Notes: generated from the letters alone by a model not told the origin. A stretch of DNA of 64,000 nucleotides from Saccharofermentans sp. (GCA_045648465.1 JAZROA010000010.1:7317-71316); one strand, 5' to 3'. Numbered from the stretch's first letter, positions 26,374-36,903 are shown. Program-made: numbers and translations.

Positions 26374-27369
26374 TCAGATCAGTATTGTTTGTAATATGTT
26401 AAAACCATATCCGACGATTATTATTCCTATCGTGCATATGGCTATAAACACCGTTAAGAGTTTTGGCTTAACCGCCTTTTTCAGCATTATCAGAGACGGA
26501 AGGCTCAACGTAGTAACTGCCATCATGAAGCTCAGGATCGTTCCGAGGAGCGCCCCTTTTGACAGGAGTGCTTCAGCTACCGGTATAGTACTGAATATAT
26601 CCGCATACATCGGGATGCCGATCATTGTCGCGAGTATCACACCAAAAGGATTATTAGTGCCAAGCACGGTTTCTACCCAGCTCTCAGGGATCCAGTTATG
26701 AATAATGGCTCCAATAGCTACTCCCGCGATGATATACAAGAAAACCTTCTTGAGTGTTTCTTTTACCTGATCTTTCGAGAAGATAAGCCTTTCTTTTACT
26801 GTGAGTTTTCTGTTCTCGATATCGATCCGCTTTGCTTTACGTATAAACTCAGCCACTTGATCTTCCATGTGAAGTTTCTCGATCAACGTTCCGCCTGTAA
26901 CTGCAATTACCAGACCAAGCAGAACATAAAGCACTGCGATCTTCCATCCGAATATACTCAGCAGAAGCACAAGACTTGCCAAATCGACCATAGGTGATGA
27001 GATAAGAAAGGAGAATGTTACGCCCAGAGGAAGTCCTGCGCTGGTAAATCCCATAAACAGAGGGATCGAAGAACACGAGCAGAAAGGAGTGACTGTTCCA
27101 AGGAGAGCGCCGATGATATTTGCTCCTATGCCATGAAATCTTCCCAATATCTTACGGCTTCTTTCCGGGGGGAAGAAGCTTTGTATATATGAGATCGTGA
27201 AGATCAATATGCACAGAAGTAAAATGATCTTGACCGTATCGTAAATAAAGAAATGGATGCTGGCTCCGATCTTTGTGCCGGTATTTAATCCTAAAGATAC
27301 TAAAGTAAAACCTATGAGGTCACTCAGCCACCTCATCCCGAATATCTGTTCCTGTATAAAATCCCACAT
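26374..27369 (-). CDS. Permease of the ArsP/DUF318 family (putative organoarsenical/metalloid efflux)
   Basis: About 8-9 TM helices and the conserved TPFCSCSSIP motif. Sits between an ArsR gene and the thioredoxin-like gene. Confidence 0.65.
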   Translation of the reverse strand: MWDFIQEQIFGMRWLSDLIGFTLVSLGLNTGTKIGASIHFFIYDTVKIILLLCILIFTISYIQSFFPPERSRKILGRFHGIGANIIGALLGTVTPFCSCSSIPLFMGFTSAGLPLGVTFSFLISSPMVDLASLVLLLSIFGWKIAVLYVLLGLVIAVTGGTLIEKLHMEDQVAEFIRKAKRIDIENRKLTVKERLIFSKDQVKETLKKVFLYIIAGVAIGAIIHNWIPESWVETVLGTNNPFGVILATMIGIPMYADIFSTIPVAEALLSKGALLGTILSFMMAVTTLSLPSLIMLKKAVKPKLLTVFIAICTIGIIIVGYGFNILQTILI

Positions 27370-27453
27370 GTTATCTCCTCACTTCGACACATCTACATTT
27401 ATCGAACTATTGCTGTTTTTATAAGGCAATCCGAGAGATTGCCTTAAGTTCAG

Positions 27454-27759
27454 TTATTTGCAGCAGTTTTTCTTATTGCCTTTACAATCGCATTTCATGT
27501 ATCCCGAAAGCATTTTCATAAAGCTGTCAATTCCATCAGGTGATACGGAATAGAACATCCATTTACCATCCTTGCGACCGTTAACCAGGTTACTGTCACA
27601 GAGTAATCTCATATGATGAGACAGAGTTGACTGTGAGATATTAAGTTCTTCACCAAGGACACAAGCACACTTCTCTCCATTTTGAAGCGAGAGCATGATC
27701 TTAAGTCTGTTCTCATCAGCTAACGCTTTTATCTTACGTGCATCATCTCGCTGTGCCAT
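27454..27759 (-). CDS. ArsR/SmtB family metalloregulator
   Basis: EKCACVLGEEL (CxC metal site), LSHHMRLL recognition helix, and a Cys-rich tail KCDCKGNKKNCC. Start chosen at the ATG at 27759. Confidence 0.8.
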   Translation of the reverse strand: MAQRDDARKIKALADENRLKIMLSLQNGEKCACVLGEELNISQSTLSHHMRLLCDSNLVNGRKDGKWMFYSVSPDGIDSFMKMLSGYMKCDCKGNKKNCCK

Positions 27760-27816
27760 ATCGATTACCACCATATGAGTCTGGGATGATAATAACACTC
27801 ATTTCGATATTTGTAA

Positions 27817-28167
27817 ATGTGTGAAACCGTTAGAGAGCGCAAAATCGCATGTGCTTGGTCCATAATATTCCTGAAAATCGGCACTAAGGACGCTGACTAT
27901 GAACACCTCTATGAAAACATAGTTGCCATAGAACTGCTAAGACGCGGATACGAAGTATATGTTGGAAAATTATATGAGAAAGAGATAGATTATGTTGCAA
28001 AAAAAGAAGGCGTCAAGACTTACATTCAGGTCTCGGACAATATAACCCGCGATGAAACATTTAAACGGGAGGTATCTCCGCTCAAACCTTGCACGATGTT
28101 TTCGATAGTGCTTTTGTATATCCTGATATCTTTAATTGGATGCAAAGATCCTTCCCCTTCTATTTAA
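27817..28167 (+). pseudogene. C-terminal fragment of an AAA/DUF4143 ATPase gene
   Basis: [43 protein letters not shown] parallels the C-terminus of the intact paralog at 30391-31611. The N-terminal ~300 aa are missing. Confidence 0.6.
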
Positions 28168-29872
28168 CAGCGTTGAAAGTTTCCGGTGTTACGGTAAAAC
28201 TGTGATCATATACCGTATCCGTGCATATCGTAACTTTGAAATCATCAAGATCATAAACGCATGACCACTCAGTCTGCATACGTCCGGAATCGTCACTTCT
28301 TAATGCGGCATTTGAAAGAAATATCATTGCCGTTGCCGCATCTGCCGTTCCGCCGCATGCTGAGAGGTTATCTGTCAGGATCTTATATCTGTTCATTGAG
28401 TCTGTATCCGGTTCATCTTCCGTGTAATCACTGCAGACAATATGGTTAGTAACTTTACAGTCTTCCGTAACAACCATTTCATTATCTATCCACTCTACTA
28501 TTACGGATCTTCCTGATCTGTCGGTGATAAAAAGATGAAAACTCCTGTCTATCATTGAATGCATATCATAAGAATCAAGAAGTGTCAGGGCTTCGTCAGT
28601 GCTGCCGCACGTATCAAGAATTGCTCTGATGGCGACATTCATAAGAATATCCGGTTTACCTGTATCCTGGTGCATTTCCTCATTCTCCAGCTGCAGGATG
28701 GATATACCGACACCTGCTTCATTGATTCCGTCAACTGTCAGATAAGGGAACGCTACAGACATAAATCTTGAGCCTGCTGACAGAGGATCGGTCTCACCCG
28801 CATCTGTTCCAAGACCCATCAGACCGATATCAGCCATACCGATCGAAGCATAACCGTCTGCAGGATCAGAATATATCATGAGCAGATCCGTCTCAGGATA
28901 ATCATAATTTCTTCCCATCAGGTGATGTCCGTCAGGAGCCGTGACAGCAAAGGAACTGCATCCGAAAGACATACCACTTATGTTTACCGGCATTCCCCAG
29001 AACATTTCATCAGAAATAAACGAGTACAACTCTCCTTCACTCGATATGCCCGCATCGAGCATAACCTGAAGTTTATAATCTTCCTTGCAGTTCATGGCGT
29101 AGACACCCGGCTCAAGTTCCTTAAGGGATGCAAAAGTGCTTATTCGATTTCTGTATACGACAGCCAGAGTTATAACTCCTGCAAACACGAGGACAAGTGT
29201 TCCAAGGATAATTGCCTTGGGAGAGAGCTTTATGAGAAGTAGTGAGACCAGGGCTATGACACTTCCTGCAATAGCCATAACTTCACCGATGATCTTAAAC
29301 TTTGCGTTACCGGTGTTCTCCACTCTGCACTGATAACGGGACACACTTTCATCGACCAGTGCCTGACCCTCATCAGAGCACATAAACTCATAGTATTCCA
29401 GAGCCGCAGCATCTGCATTTCCTTCCTCTTTTATAAACTCATATACACGGAGATTTTGTTCATTAAGGTATTGGACTACCTTCTGACGCTTATCTTCGGG
29501 ACATTCTTCCACGGATACAGTCAGCGCTACATTACCGTTCTCATCAGGAGTGAGAAGAAATCTTGAGATGTTGTAGTAGTCGAAGTTCATGTTCTCGAGG
29601 ATTACAACAGCAGAGTCGTCTTCGCCACGGTAAACGCTCCCGATACTGATCTCATCATCCAATTTCGCTAACCCGGCATAATTAACAAGGATAGTGCCGT
29701 GCGCTCCGGGCTTAAAACTGTCCTGTTCGAAAACATCCAGTACAACATTGCTGCCCGGTGCGTTTTTGCCGTCATTACCGAATATGAAGCACATGGCAAA
29801 ACCACCGGCCGCTATAACAGCTCCTATGACAGCGGCGATTATCTTCGCCTTCGTTCTGTTCTTCTTTCCCAT
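28160..29872 (-). CDS. Membrane-anchored protein with a C-terminal choloylglycine-hydrolase-family (Ntn, linear amide C-N hydrolase) domain
   Basis: N-terminal TM helix, a mid-protein TM pair, then GCSSFAV (a putative Ntn Cys nucleophile) and NYDYP. Confidence 0.6.
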   Translation of the reverse strand: MGKKNRTKAKIIAAVIGAVIAAGGFAMCFIFGNDGKNAPGSNVVLDVFEQDSFKPGAHGTILVNYAGLAKLDDEISIGSVYRGEDDSAVVILENMNFDYYNISRFLLTPDENGNVALTVSVEECPEDKRQKVVQYLNEQNLRVYEFIKEEGNADAAALEYYEFMCSDEGQALVDESVSRYQCRVENTGNAKFKIIGEVMAIAGSVIALVSLLLIKLSPKAIILGTLVLVFAGVITLAVVYRNRISTFASLKELEPGVYAMNCKEDYKLQVMLDAGISSEGELYSFISDEMFWGMPVNISGMSFGCSSFAVTAPDGHHLMGRNYDYPETDLLMIYSDPADGYASIGMADIGLMGLGTDAGETDPLSAGSRFMSVAFPYLTVDGINEAGVGISILQLENEEMHQDTGKPDILMNVAIRAILDTCGSTDEALTLLDSYDMHSMIDRSFHLFITDRSGRSVIVEWIDNEMVVTEDCKVTNHIVCSDYTEDEPDTDSMNRYKILTDNLSACGGTADAATAMIFLSNAALRSDDSGRMQTEWSCVYDLDDFKVTICTDTVYDHSFTVTPETFNAVK

Positions 29873-30090
29873 CTTAAGCCCCCTGTCAAATAATTACTTC
29901 AGGTCATCCGCACCGAAGGTGAAGGTCTTCGTATAATCGCCATCAAGGCAGATATGTAAAGTGTTCTTTTAAGAGCGTTTTTGTCTTGTAATTCATTATA
30001 TAGTTCAAAGGCAGCAGATGATGATGAATAAAGTGTGCTGTGTTATGATTCTTCCGAATAACACACAAATAACGAGGGAATTGAATACGT

Positions 30091-30127
30091 ATGCTAAAAG
30101 TACTATTCGTATGTCACGGCAGTATTA
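30091..30127 (+). repeat. Repeat B: third, diverged copy of the LMW-PTP gene start (stub MLKVLFVCHGSISSEK*)
   Basis: The 19 nt GTATGTCACGGCAGTATTA is identical to 25808-25826. The upstream 18 nt are diverged but still encode a homologous N-terminus. Confidence 0.8.
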
Positions 30128-30390
30128 GCTCGGAAAAATAAAGCCCCTAATTTTAGGGCTCTTGAGGGTATTTTTCTTGATATTTTGACCCTCGTTTGAC
30201 CCCCAAGAAACCAAGGTCCAGTGTGGTTATTTTTTAACAATTGTTCCTGCGCTCGTTGAGCACAGTTTATCTGAATCTCTAAGCAACTCAATAATGACCT
30301 TGCAAAAAAATGCAGTTTTTATATTTTTTTGCACGCTAACTTGCAAATATTTACTTCGGGTGATAATATCGGCAATATGAGGTACTACAT

Positions 30391-31611
30391 ATGCGATTAA
30401 CCAGAGAAAACTATCTTCAAGCAATAAGACCGTATTATGAAGCCGATCTGATCAAGGTGATCACCGGTGTGCGACGTGCCGGGAAATCGGTTATATTGGA
30501 AAGCATACGTGACGAGCTCTCCGCATCAGGTATTGGTGCGGATCATATTGTATATGTTAACTTGGAAGACCTTGATTATGAAGGCATTACTACAGCTTCC
30601 GATCTCAACAAAGAGATAAAGTCTCATATAACTGATAATGGAAGATATTATCTTTTTATAGATGAAATACAGCATGTTGAAGAGTTTGAGAAAGCTCTGG
30701 CATCTTTCAGAGCTACACTGAACGCATCTATATTTGTAACCGGTAGCAATTCTCATCTTCTTTCAGGTGAATTAGCAACATTACTCACCGGAAGGACTGT
30801 CGAATTTGAAATATTACCTTTCTCCTTCAGCGAAATGAAAGAATATTTTGAACTTAACGGGAAGCCGTTCGATGATGAATTGATATATGATTACCTGAAA
30901 TGGGGAGGTTTTCCACTCAGGTTCGATTTTAGTGAAGAATCTGATATCGGCAGATATCTGTCCAATCTCTACACCGGTCTTTTGAACAGGGATATCCTGA
31001 CCAAGAAAAGCAGAGTGGATCGCAAGATCTTCATGGATGTTGCGATGTACGTTCTCTCAAATGCAGGAAAGGAATTTTCTGCCGAAAACATAATGAATTA
31101 CTATGAAAGCAAAAACCACAGAAGTGTTGGTCAGAGAACAGTCTACAATTACATAGAAAAGATGCAAAAAGCATTCCTTGTCCATCCCGTTCAGAAGTAC
31201 GATATCATCGGAAAAACCGCTCTTCAATCGAAACAAAAATACTATGCCGTTGATACAGGATTCAGAACCATACATACCAATACTATCAACTTTGAAGATA
31301 CCTTCTTTCTGGAAAACCTTGTATATAATGAATTGCTCTTTCAGGGATTTACTGTGTTCACCGGAAAAACTCATAAAGGAGAAGTGGATTTTGTAGCCAT
31401 TCGCAACGGAAAAAAGTGCTTTATTCAGGTTTCCTACCTCATGACCTCCCAAAGCACTATAGAACGCGAATTCGGTGCATTTTCCTCGATAACTGATGCA
31501 TCTCCGAAATATGTGCTTTCACTGGACAAAATAGATTTGAGCCAAAACGGCATTGCGCATATGAATATTGTCGACTTTCTGCTTCACAGGCAATCACTTG
31601 CACTGACATAA
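30391..31611 (+). CDS. AAA-family ATPase with DUF4143 C-terminal domain
   Basis: Walker A GVRRAGKS, Walker B LFIDEIQ, and a C-terminal restriction-endonuclease-like region. Confidence 0.75.
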   Translation: MRLTRENYLQAIRPYYEADLIKVITGVRRAGKSVILESIRDELSASGIGADHIVYVNLEDLDYEGITTASDLNKEIKSHITDNGRYYLFIDEIQHVEEFEKALASFRATLNASIFVTGSNSHLLSGELATLLTGRTVEFEILPFSFSEMKEYFELNGKPFDDELIYDYLKWGGFPLRFDFSEESDIGRYLSNLYTGLLNRDILTKKSRVDRKIFMDVAMYVLSNAGKEFSAENIMNYYESKNHRSVGQRTVYNYIEKMQKAFLVHPVQKYDIIGKTALQSKQKYYAVDTGFRTIHTNTINFEDTFFLENLVYNELLFQGFTVFTGKTHKGEVDFVAIRNGKKCFIQVSYLMTSQSTIEREFGAFSSITDASPKYVLSLDKIDLSQNGIAHMNIVDFLLHRQSLALT

Positions 31612-32071
31612 ATTTCGTTGCCCACGCAAAGTGATTATGCATACATCACACATTGAGCAGGAAGAATCTCAATGAAGGTAAAACTATCTGACATTATCGG
31701 AGCGATTGAGATGACAGATCAGGATTGCCTTCCTTCTTACCGCAGATTCCGACCTTCCAAAGTTTTCACATTGAGTATAGTAGCCATGTTTTCCTGTCTT
31801 GGTATTAGGCTTCAAAACCAAATAGAATCAACTTTTTCCTTATAATTGGAGAAAATTTGCTATAAATGTGTTTTTTCTCCAAATAATTGTCGCTTTACGA
31901 ATTTGCCTAAACACAAGATAAACGAACGCGTAAAAGTCCGGTTAACGTTACCGTTTTCGCAAAAATCTTAATAATGTATACGTTAGCATTGCTTCTTTTA
32001 TCATTTTTACTATCTTTTATCATTCTTTATCATTCGTCTTGCCACACCAATCTGTAGCGCAATGGCATATT

Positions 32072-32152
32072 TGCTATAATATCCCCGTTTAATTCATAGT
32101 TAACGGAGTTTTATACATGATTAAAGTTTTAATGGTCTGTCACGGCAATATT
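32072..32152 (+). repeat. Direct repeat C (promoter and 5' end of the intact LMW-PTP gene)
   Basis: Matches 25743-25825. Confidence 0.9.
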
Positions 32153-32578
32153 TGTAGATCGACAATGGGTCAGTTTATGTTCCAGGATATGGTCAATAAG
32201 AGAGGGCTTGCTGACAGGTTTTATATTGACTCTGCTGCAACAAGCACGGAAGAGATCGGCAATGGTCCGCACTATGGTACCGTAAGCAAGCTTCGTGAGG
32301 TTGGGATACCGGTTCTGCCACACCGTGCACGCCAGATGACACGTGCTGACTATCAGAACTTCGATTACCTGATCGGCATGGATTCATATAACATCAGGAA
32401 CATGACCAGGATCGCAGGCGGGGACCCTGACGGAAAGATATATCAGATGCTCTCTTTTGCGGGAAGCAACAGGAGCATAGCAGATCCGTGGTACACGGGT
32501 AATTTCGACGAGACATATGACGATCTGTGTGAGGGACTTGAGGCATTCATGAAGTACCTGGAAGCTGAGGTGTTATAA
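32117..32578 (+). CDS. Low-molecular-weight protein-tyrosine phosphatase
   Basis: P-loop VCHGNICRS (CX5R-S) near the N-terminus and the DP loop IADPWY. Confidence 0.9.
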   Translation: MIKVLMVCHGNICRSTMGQFMFQDMVNKRGLADRFYIDSAATSTEEIGNGPHYGTVSKLREVGIPVLPHRARQMTRADYQNFDYLIGMDSYNIRNMTRIAGGDPDGKIYQMLSFAGSNRSIADPWYTGNFDETYDDLCEGLEAFMKYLEAEVL

Positions 32579-32607
32579 TTCAGGTACATTCATCTTAGGG
32601 GGATAGT

Positions 32608-33213
32608 ATGAATACTTTTAAGAAGATCGCATGTTCGTTTATGGCAGTTGCCGTGGTAATCGGATGTACTGCCTGTGCTTCCAAGACTTTCGACCATAAG
32701 AAAGCCGTCAAATTCTGTGAAGATGAAGGCTATGAGCTCTACGATGACGTGGATGATTATGCCGGGGATTTCGAGAAGTTCATATCGGGCGAATGGCCGG
32801 GCGAAGGCGCCTATATCCACGCAGTTAAAGACGTTGCACAGGATGTCTACGATAATGTCTTTAACCGTTTCGGAGCTTATCCGGAATGCGACGTTAATGA
32901 AGCGACGTCATTTGTATTCTTTGATCAGGGCGTTTTCGTTCAGGGTTACGTTCTGACTTTCGATGAAGTTAAAGATGCCGAGAAAACATTTAAGGACTAT
33001 GCCAGAAGATTTAAAGAAGACGGTGAAGACGGAGAAGAAAAAGGCTATACGTATTTCATCATGGAGAAAAGATACAGCGAGAACATGAAAATGTATTGCG
33101 GCATCTATCAGAAAAACAATTCGGTATTATTCATACAATGCAATTACAAAAAGCCATCCATGGTTGATGAGATCTGTGAGAACTTCGGCGTAATATCACC
33201 TTCAGAAGCTTAA
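32608..33213 (+). CDS. Lipoprotein, paralog 1 (hypothetical)
   Basis: Signal peptide plus lipobox IGCTAC. Colinear with the next gene from end to end. Confidence 0.65.
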   Translation: MNTFKKIACSFMAVAVVIGCTACASKTFDHKKAVKFCEDEGYELYDDVDDYAGDFEKFISGEWPGEGAYIHAVKDVAQDVYDNVFNRFGAYPECDVNEATSFVFFDQGVFVQGYVLTFDEVKDAEKTFKDYARRFKEDGEDGEEKGYTYFIMEKRYSENMKMYCGIYQKNNSVLFIQCNYKKPSMVDEICENFGVISPSEA

Positions 33214-33256
33214 GGATATAATTGATTCATAAAATACTTTTTCGCGGAGGGATAAC

Positions 33257-33859
33257 ATGAAAGCACTTAAGAAAATCGCCTGCTCAGTATTGGCACTTGC
33301 AATGGTAGTCGGTCTTACCGCCTGCGCACCTAAGGGATTCAGTCATAAGACGATGCAGAAGTTCTGTGATGAGCAGGATTTCGAGCTGTTGGATGATGAG
33401 GGCGATTTCTATGAGGAATTCGTGGCAAAGACCGCTGGCCAGTCAGACGACGGCGTATATTTCTACGGCAAAGATAAAGATGCCCAGAAGGTCTATAAGA
33501 AGATCATTAACCGCTTCGAAGATTTCAAAAAGTACGATGTTACTGAAGTAACGGGTTACGCATATAGCGACCACGACGGATTATCCATAGGCTTTGTGTT
33601 TACATTCCAGAACGAAGATGATGCAAAGAAATTCTGGAAAGAGTACGGAAAAGCATTTGCAGGCGGCGGTGAAAAGGGTGATGAGAAGGGTTATTCCTAC
33701 TATATCTCATATGTTGAAAGCACCTCGACACGTGTATCTCTTGCAGGTGTCTATCTTAATGGAAATACCGTGCTGATCATCAGAAGCCTTAGTGAAGATA
33801 CAGATCTTACGGAAGATCTCTGCGAGGCTTATGGAGTAATATCCCCTACTGAGGCATAA
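33257..33859 (+). CDS. Lipoprotein, paralog 2 (hypothetical)
   Basis: Lipobox GLTAC. Shares KFCxExxxELxDD, the YxxxINRF region and the ending C-E-x-(Y/F)-GVISP(S/T)EA with 32608-33213. Confidence 0.65.
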   Translation: MKALKKIACSVLALAMVVGLTACAPKGFSHKTMQKFCDEQDFELLDDEGDFYEEFVAKTAGQSDDGVYFYGKDKDAQKVYKKIINRFEDFKKYDVTEVTGYAYSDHDGLSIGFVFTFQNEDDAKKFWKEYGKAFAGGGEKGDEKGYSYYISYVESTSTRVSLAGVYLNGNTVLIIRSLSEDTDLTEDLCEAYGVISPTEA

Positions 33860-33860
33860 C

Positions 33861-34826
33861 GTGATCCTCGTATACTGGCTTATCCTGGTTAATCTTGCAG
33901 CGTTCATTCTTTACGGAATGGACAAGTCTTACGCGAAAAAAGGCGCGCGGAGAATTCCCGAAAGGACATTGCTGTTCTGGGCGTGGATCGGCGGTTCCAT
34001 AGGCGCATTCCTCGGCATGAGGCTCTTCCACCACAAGACACTGAAACCGAAGTTCTTCGTGGTTCCCGTGCTCATGGTATTGGAAGTCGTCTTATGCGCG
34101 TTCTGCCTTGTTCAGAACTATTCTCTTAAGACAAGCAGTTACGATGTTGATCTGGGTTTGTCTGACGACATAAAGATCGTCCAGGTATCAGATCTTCACA
34201 ACCAGTTTTTCGGAATCAAGCAGTCTGTTTTGCTGGATCAAATTGAAGCTATAGATCCTGACATCATTGTCGTTACAGGCGACATCGTTGATTCAATGCA
34301 CACATCTTATTCCATCGCCATGGACTTCATCGAAGGTGCGGTAAAGATAGCACCCGTTTACTATGTCACGGGCAACCATGAGAACAGGCTGCAAGGCGAT
34401 AAACTTGATAAGTTCTACGATGACATGCGCGCATCGGGAGTAACATTCTTAGATGACACTTATGTAGACATGGGCTCGTATTGTCTTGCAGGTATCGCCG
34501 ATTCGTCTTTGGAATCGTTTGATGCCTACCCTGCTTTTACTGATGAGAAGCCGGTAGTAATGCTCGCGCACGAACCTGACTATGTTTCTTTGTATCAGAG
34601 TCTTGGTGCCGATCTCGTGCTGACGGGACATGTTCACGGCGGACAGATCATCATTCCGGGCAAGGGCGGATTGCTTTCACCTGACTTTACTTTCTTTCCT
34701 GATCTTTACGAAGGAGTCCATACATACGATTCCATGACTCTCATAGTAAACCGCGGTCTGGGCAACAGTGTCGCGCCCGTCAGGATCAATGACTATCCGG
34801 AGCTGGTCGTAATTAACGTAAGATAA
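33861..34826 (+). CDS. DUF1294 membrane domain fused to a calcineurin-like metallophosphoesterase
   Basis: GTG start. The N-terminal part AAFILYGMDKSYAKKGARRIPERTLL resembles DUF1294. Phosphoesterase motifs are VSDLHN, GDIVD, GNHE and GHVHGG. Confidence 0.7.
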   Translation: MILVYWLILVNLAAFILYGMDKSYAKKGARRIPERTLLFWAWIGGSIGAFLGMRLFHHKTLKPKFFVVPVLMVLEVVLCAFCLVQNYSLKTSSYDVDLGLSDDIKIVQVSDLHNQFFGIKQSVLLDQIEAIDPDIIVVTGDIVDSMHTSYSIAMDFIEGAVKIAPVYYVTGNHENRLQGDKLDKFYDDMRASGVTFLDDTYVDMGSYCLAGIADSSLESFDAYPAFTDEKPVVMLAHEPDYVSLYQSLGADLVLTGHVHGGQIIIPGKGGLLSPDFTFFPDLYEGVHTYDSMTLIVNRGLGNSVAPVRINDYPELVVINVR

Positions 34827-34884
34827 TAAGCTTATTGCCTTTGAGTATGTTGCACCCCGCTCTTCAGCCGTGTAAAATTTCTTT

Positions 34885-36231
34885 ATGGAATACTCAAGAA
34901 CGGTCACAACCGAATACGGACTTGTAAGAGGCATCGTCAAAGACGGATGTGAGGAATACCTCGGAATCCCGTTTGCATTGCCTCCCGTTGGCGAGCTGGC
35001 ATTTAAGCATCCTCTTCCGCCCGAGTCCTGGGAAGGCATTCTGGATGCCACCAAGGCCCCGATAAGCCCTGTTCAGGGCAAGGGAAGGACATCGATCTCA
35101 GCCGAAAGCAAGGATTGTCTCTACCTTAATATTTTCGTTCCCAAGGGACTGGAATACGGATCACCTGTCATGGTGTGGTTCTACGGCGGCTCTTATGCAA
35201 ACGGCGGATGCGGCAAGGTATCTGAAGATTCCGAAGAGCTTTACTACGACATGGCCAAAGTTGCGATAGACTCAAAGACCGTCGTCGTAAGCTTCAACTA
35301 CCGCTTAAATCTTGAAGGATTCTTAAATCTCAATTTCCTCGACAAGAGCTTTGACAAGAGCAACGGCCTTTTTGACCAGATGGCTGCGCTCAAGTTCATC
35401 CGTAATAACATTCACCGCTTCGGCGGAGATGCCGATAACGTTACCGTCTTCGGACAGTCAGCAGGCGCTGCTTGCATCCTTGCGCTGCTCGGCATGCCTG
35501 AAGCAAAGCTCCTCTTCGACAAGGCTATCTTGATGTCACCCTGTGCTAAGTCTTTTTGGACAGAAAAGGAGAGCGAGCGTCTCACACGTAAATATCTGGG
35601 ATTCCTTGAGGTCAAGGAGAATGAGCTCTATAAGTTAAAAGATCTCCCCTTCTGGAAGATCCACGAGGCAAACAAGCAGCTCAGAAAGTTCGTATTCCGC
35701 GAAGGCAATTCGACCTGTGCTTTCTCACCTGTCATTGACGGAGAAGTAATTAAGGACTGGCCGACGGAACTTGCCAAAGAGTCCAAGAAGCCGATCATAA
35801 TCGGAACTTGCGCACAGGAAGGCGATGCATTCATATGCAACATTCCGACGGCTGCCCTGCCGCTTGCTGCATACTGGTTCAAGTTTAAGTTCAAGCCGGG
35901 TCCGGGTGCGCGCCGCAAGATGTCAGATGAATTTACTTCGTTCTACTACGTTAACCCTTCAAGAGACGTTGCACGCAATATCAAGGGACCTTCCTGGGTC
36001 TATGAATATGTCTACATGACACCCGACATTGAGAAGCGCGGTGCAGGGTGCTTTCACGCAAGCGACGTTCCGGTCATGCTGGACAAGTCCTCGCCATACT
36101 GCCAAGTCGAAGATCCCGTCTCACGCCGTGTCGGTGAGAAGATCAGGGAGCTCTGGGGTGAGTTTGCCAAGACGGGCAAGGCTCCCTGGCCGATGTATAA
36201 GGACGACGAGTTCATCCAGCCGATAAAGTAA
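34885..36231 (+). CDS. Type B carboxylesterase (para-nitrobenzyl esterase-like)
   Basis: GIPFALPPVG, and FGGDADNVTVFGQSAGA (the GxSxG nucleophile). Confidence 0.85.
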   Translation: MEYSRTVTTEYGLVRGIVKDGCEEYLGIPFALPPVGELAFKHPLPPESWEGILDATKAPISPVQGKGRTSISAESKDCLYLNIFVPKGLEYGSPVMVWFYGGSYANGGCGKVSEDSEELYYDMAKVAIDSKTVVVSFNYRLNLEGFLNLNFLDKSFDKSNGLFDQMAALKFIRNNIHRFGGDADNVTVFGQSAGAACILALLGMPEAKLLFDKAILMSPCAKSFWTEKESERLTRKYLGFLEVKENELYKLKDLPFWKIHEANKQLRKFVFREGNSTCAFSPVIDGEVIKDWPTELAKESKKPIIIGTCAQEGDAFICNIPTAALPLAAYWFKFKFKPGPGARRKMSDEFTSFYYVNPSRDVARNIKGPSWVYEYVYMTPDIEKRGAGCFHASDVPVMLDKSSPYCQVEDPVSRRVGEKIRELWGEFAKTGKAPWPMYKDDEFIQPIK

Positions 36232-36419
36232 TTTTTTGCTGGCTTTCGGGGTGGTTTTTGAGCCCCGGTAACATTGTTAAATCCATGTTTTGTGGCTATT
36301 TTTTCTCGTTCTTGAACAAGATAATCGATTTATGTTCAACTTTGTCTGAAAACTCTTTAATTCCTTTATTCCCTTCACTATAATAGGTTAGTGTTTTATT
36401 GACCTATGGAGGCTTCAAA

Positions 36420-36830
36420 ATGGTTGTATCTACAAAGGGACGTTACGCACTCCGCGTAATGATCGACATCGCAAAGTTCGGCACTGATTCTTATGTCACG
36501 TTAAGCGGCATCGCTGAAAGACAGGGGCTTTCCGAGAAGTATCTTGAATCCATCATCAAGATGCTCGTCCAGAACAACCTCGTTAAGGGCCTCCGCGGCA
36601 AGAACGGCGGCTACAAGCTCGCACGCGACCCCAAGGAGATCACGGCATGGGACGTCATCTCAGTTACTGAGAACGACTTCTACGTCGTAGCATGCATGGA
36701 TCCCAATGCGCCCAAGTGCGACCGCGTCGCATCCTGCGTCACACTCCCCATGTGGAAAGAATTCAGCGAAGAGATGCAGAAGTTCTTCCAGAAGTACACT
36801 ATCGCTGAGCTGGCTGCAAAGGAAAGCTGA
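36420..36830 (+). CDS. Rrf2-family transcriptional regulator
   Basis: STKGRYALRVMIDIA N-terminus and three Cys residues (CMDPNAPKCDRVASC) typical of Fe-S-binding Rrf2 members. Confidence 0.85.
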   Translation: MVVSTKGRYALRVMIDIAKFGTDSYVTLSGIAERQGLSEKYLESIIKMLVQNNLVKGLRGKNGGYKLARDPKEITAWDVISVTENDFYVVACMDPNAPKCDRVASCVTLPMWKEFSEEMQKFFQKYTIAELAAKES

Positions 36831-36853
36831 GTTAAATTTTTGTTTTTGATGAT

Positions 36854-36886
36854 AAAAGGACGTCCCGTGGGGCGTCCTTTTTTGCT
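36854..36886. terminator. Bidirectional terminator
   Basis: AAAGGACG-N-CGTCCTTTTTT between convergent genes. Confidence 0.7.
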
Positions 36887-36903
36887 GTTATCTAAATCCG
36901 GTA

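Larger units (their letters stand above)
25826..32071. mobile_element. Repeat-bounded ~6.3 kb insertion (probably two tandem remnants) at the 5' end of the LMW-PTP gene; no recombinase present
   Basis: Bounded by repeats A and C, with a third partial copy (B) inside. The cargo is unrelated accessory genes and a truncated gene fragment. Confidence 0.4.

Noticed and set aside
31663-31836. Short ORF starting MKVKLSDIIGAIEMTDQD (UPF0158-like N-terminus)
   Set aside because: Only the first ~20 residues resemble that family. The rest is hydrophobic read-through. It is probably a gene fragment and too weak to annotate.
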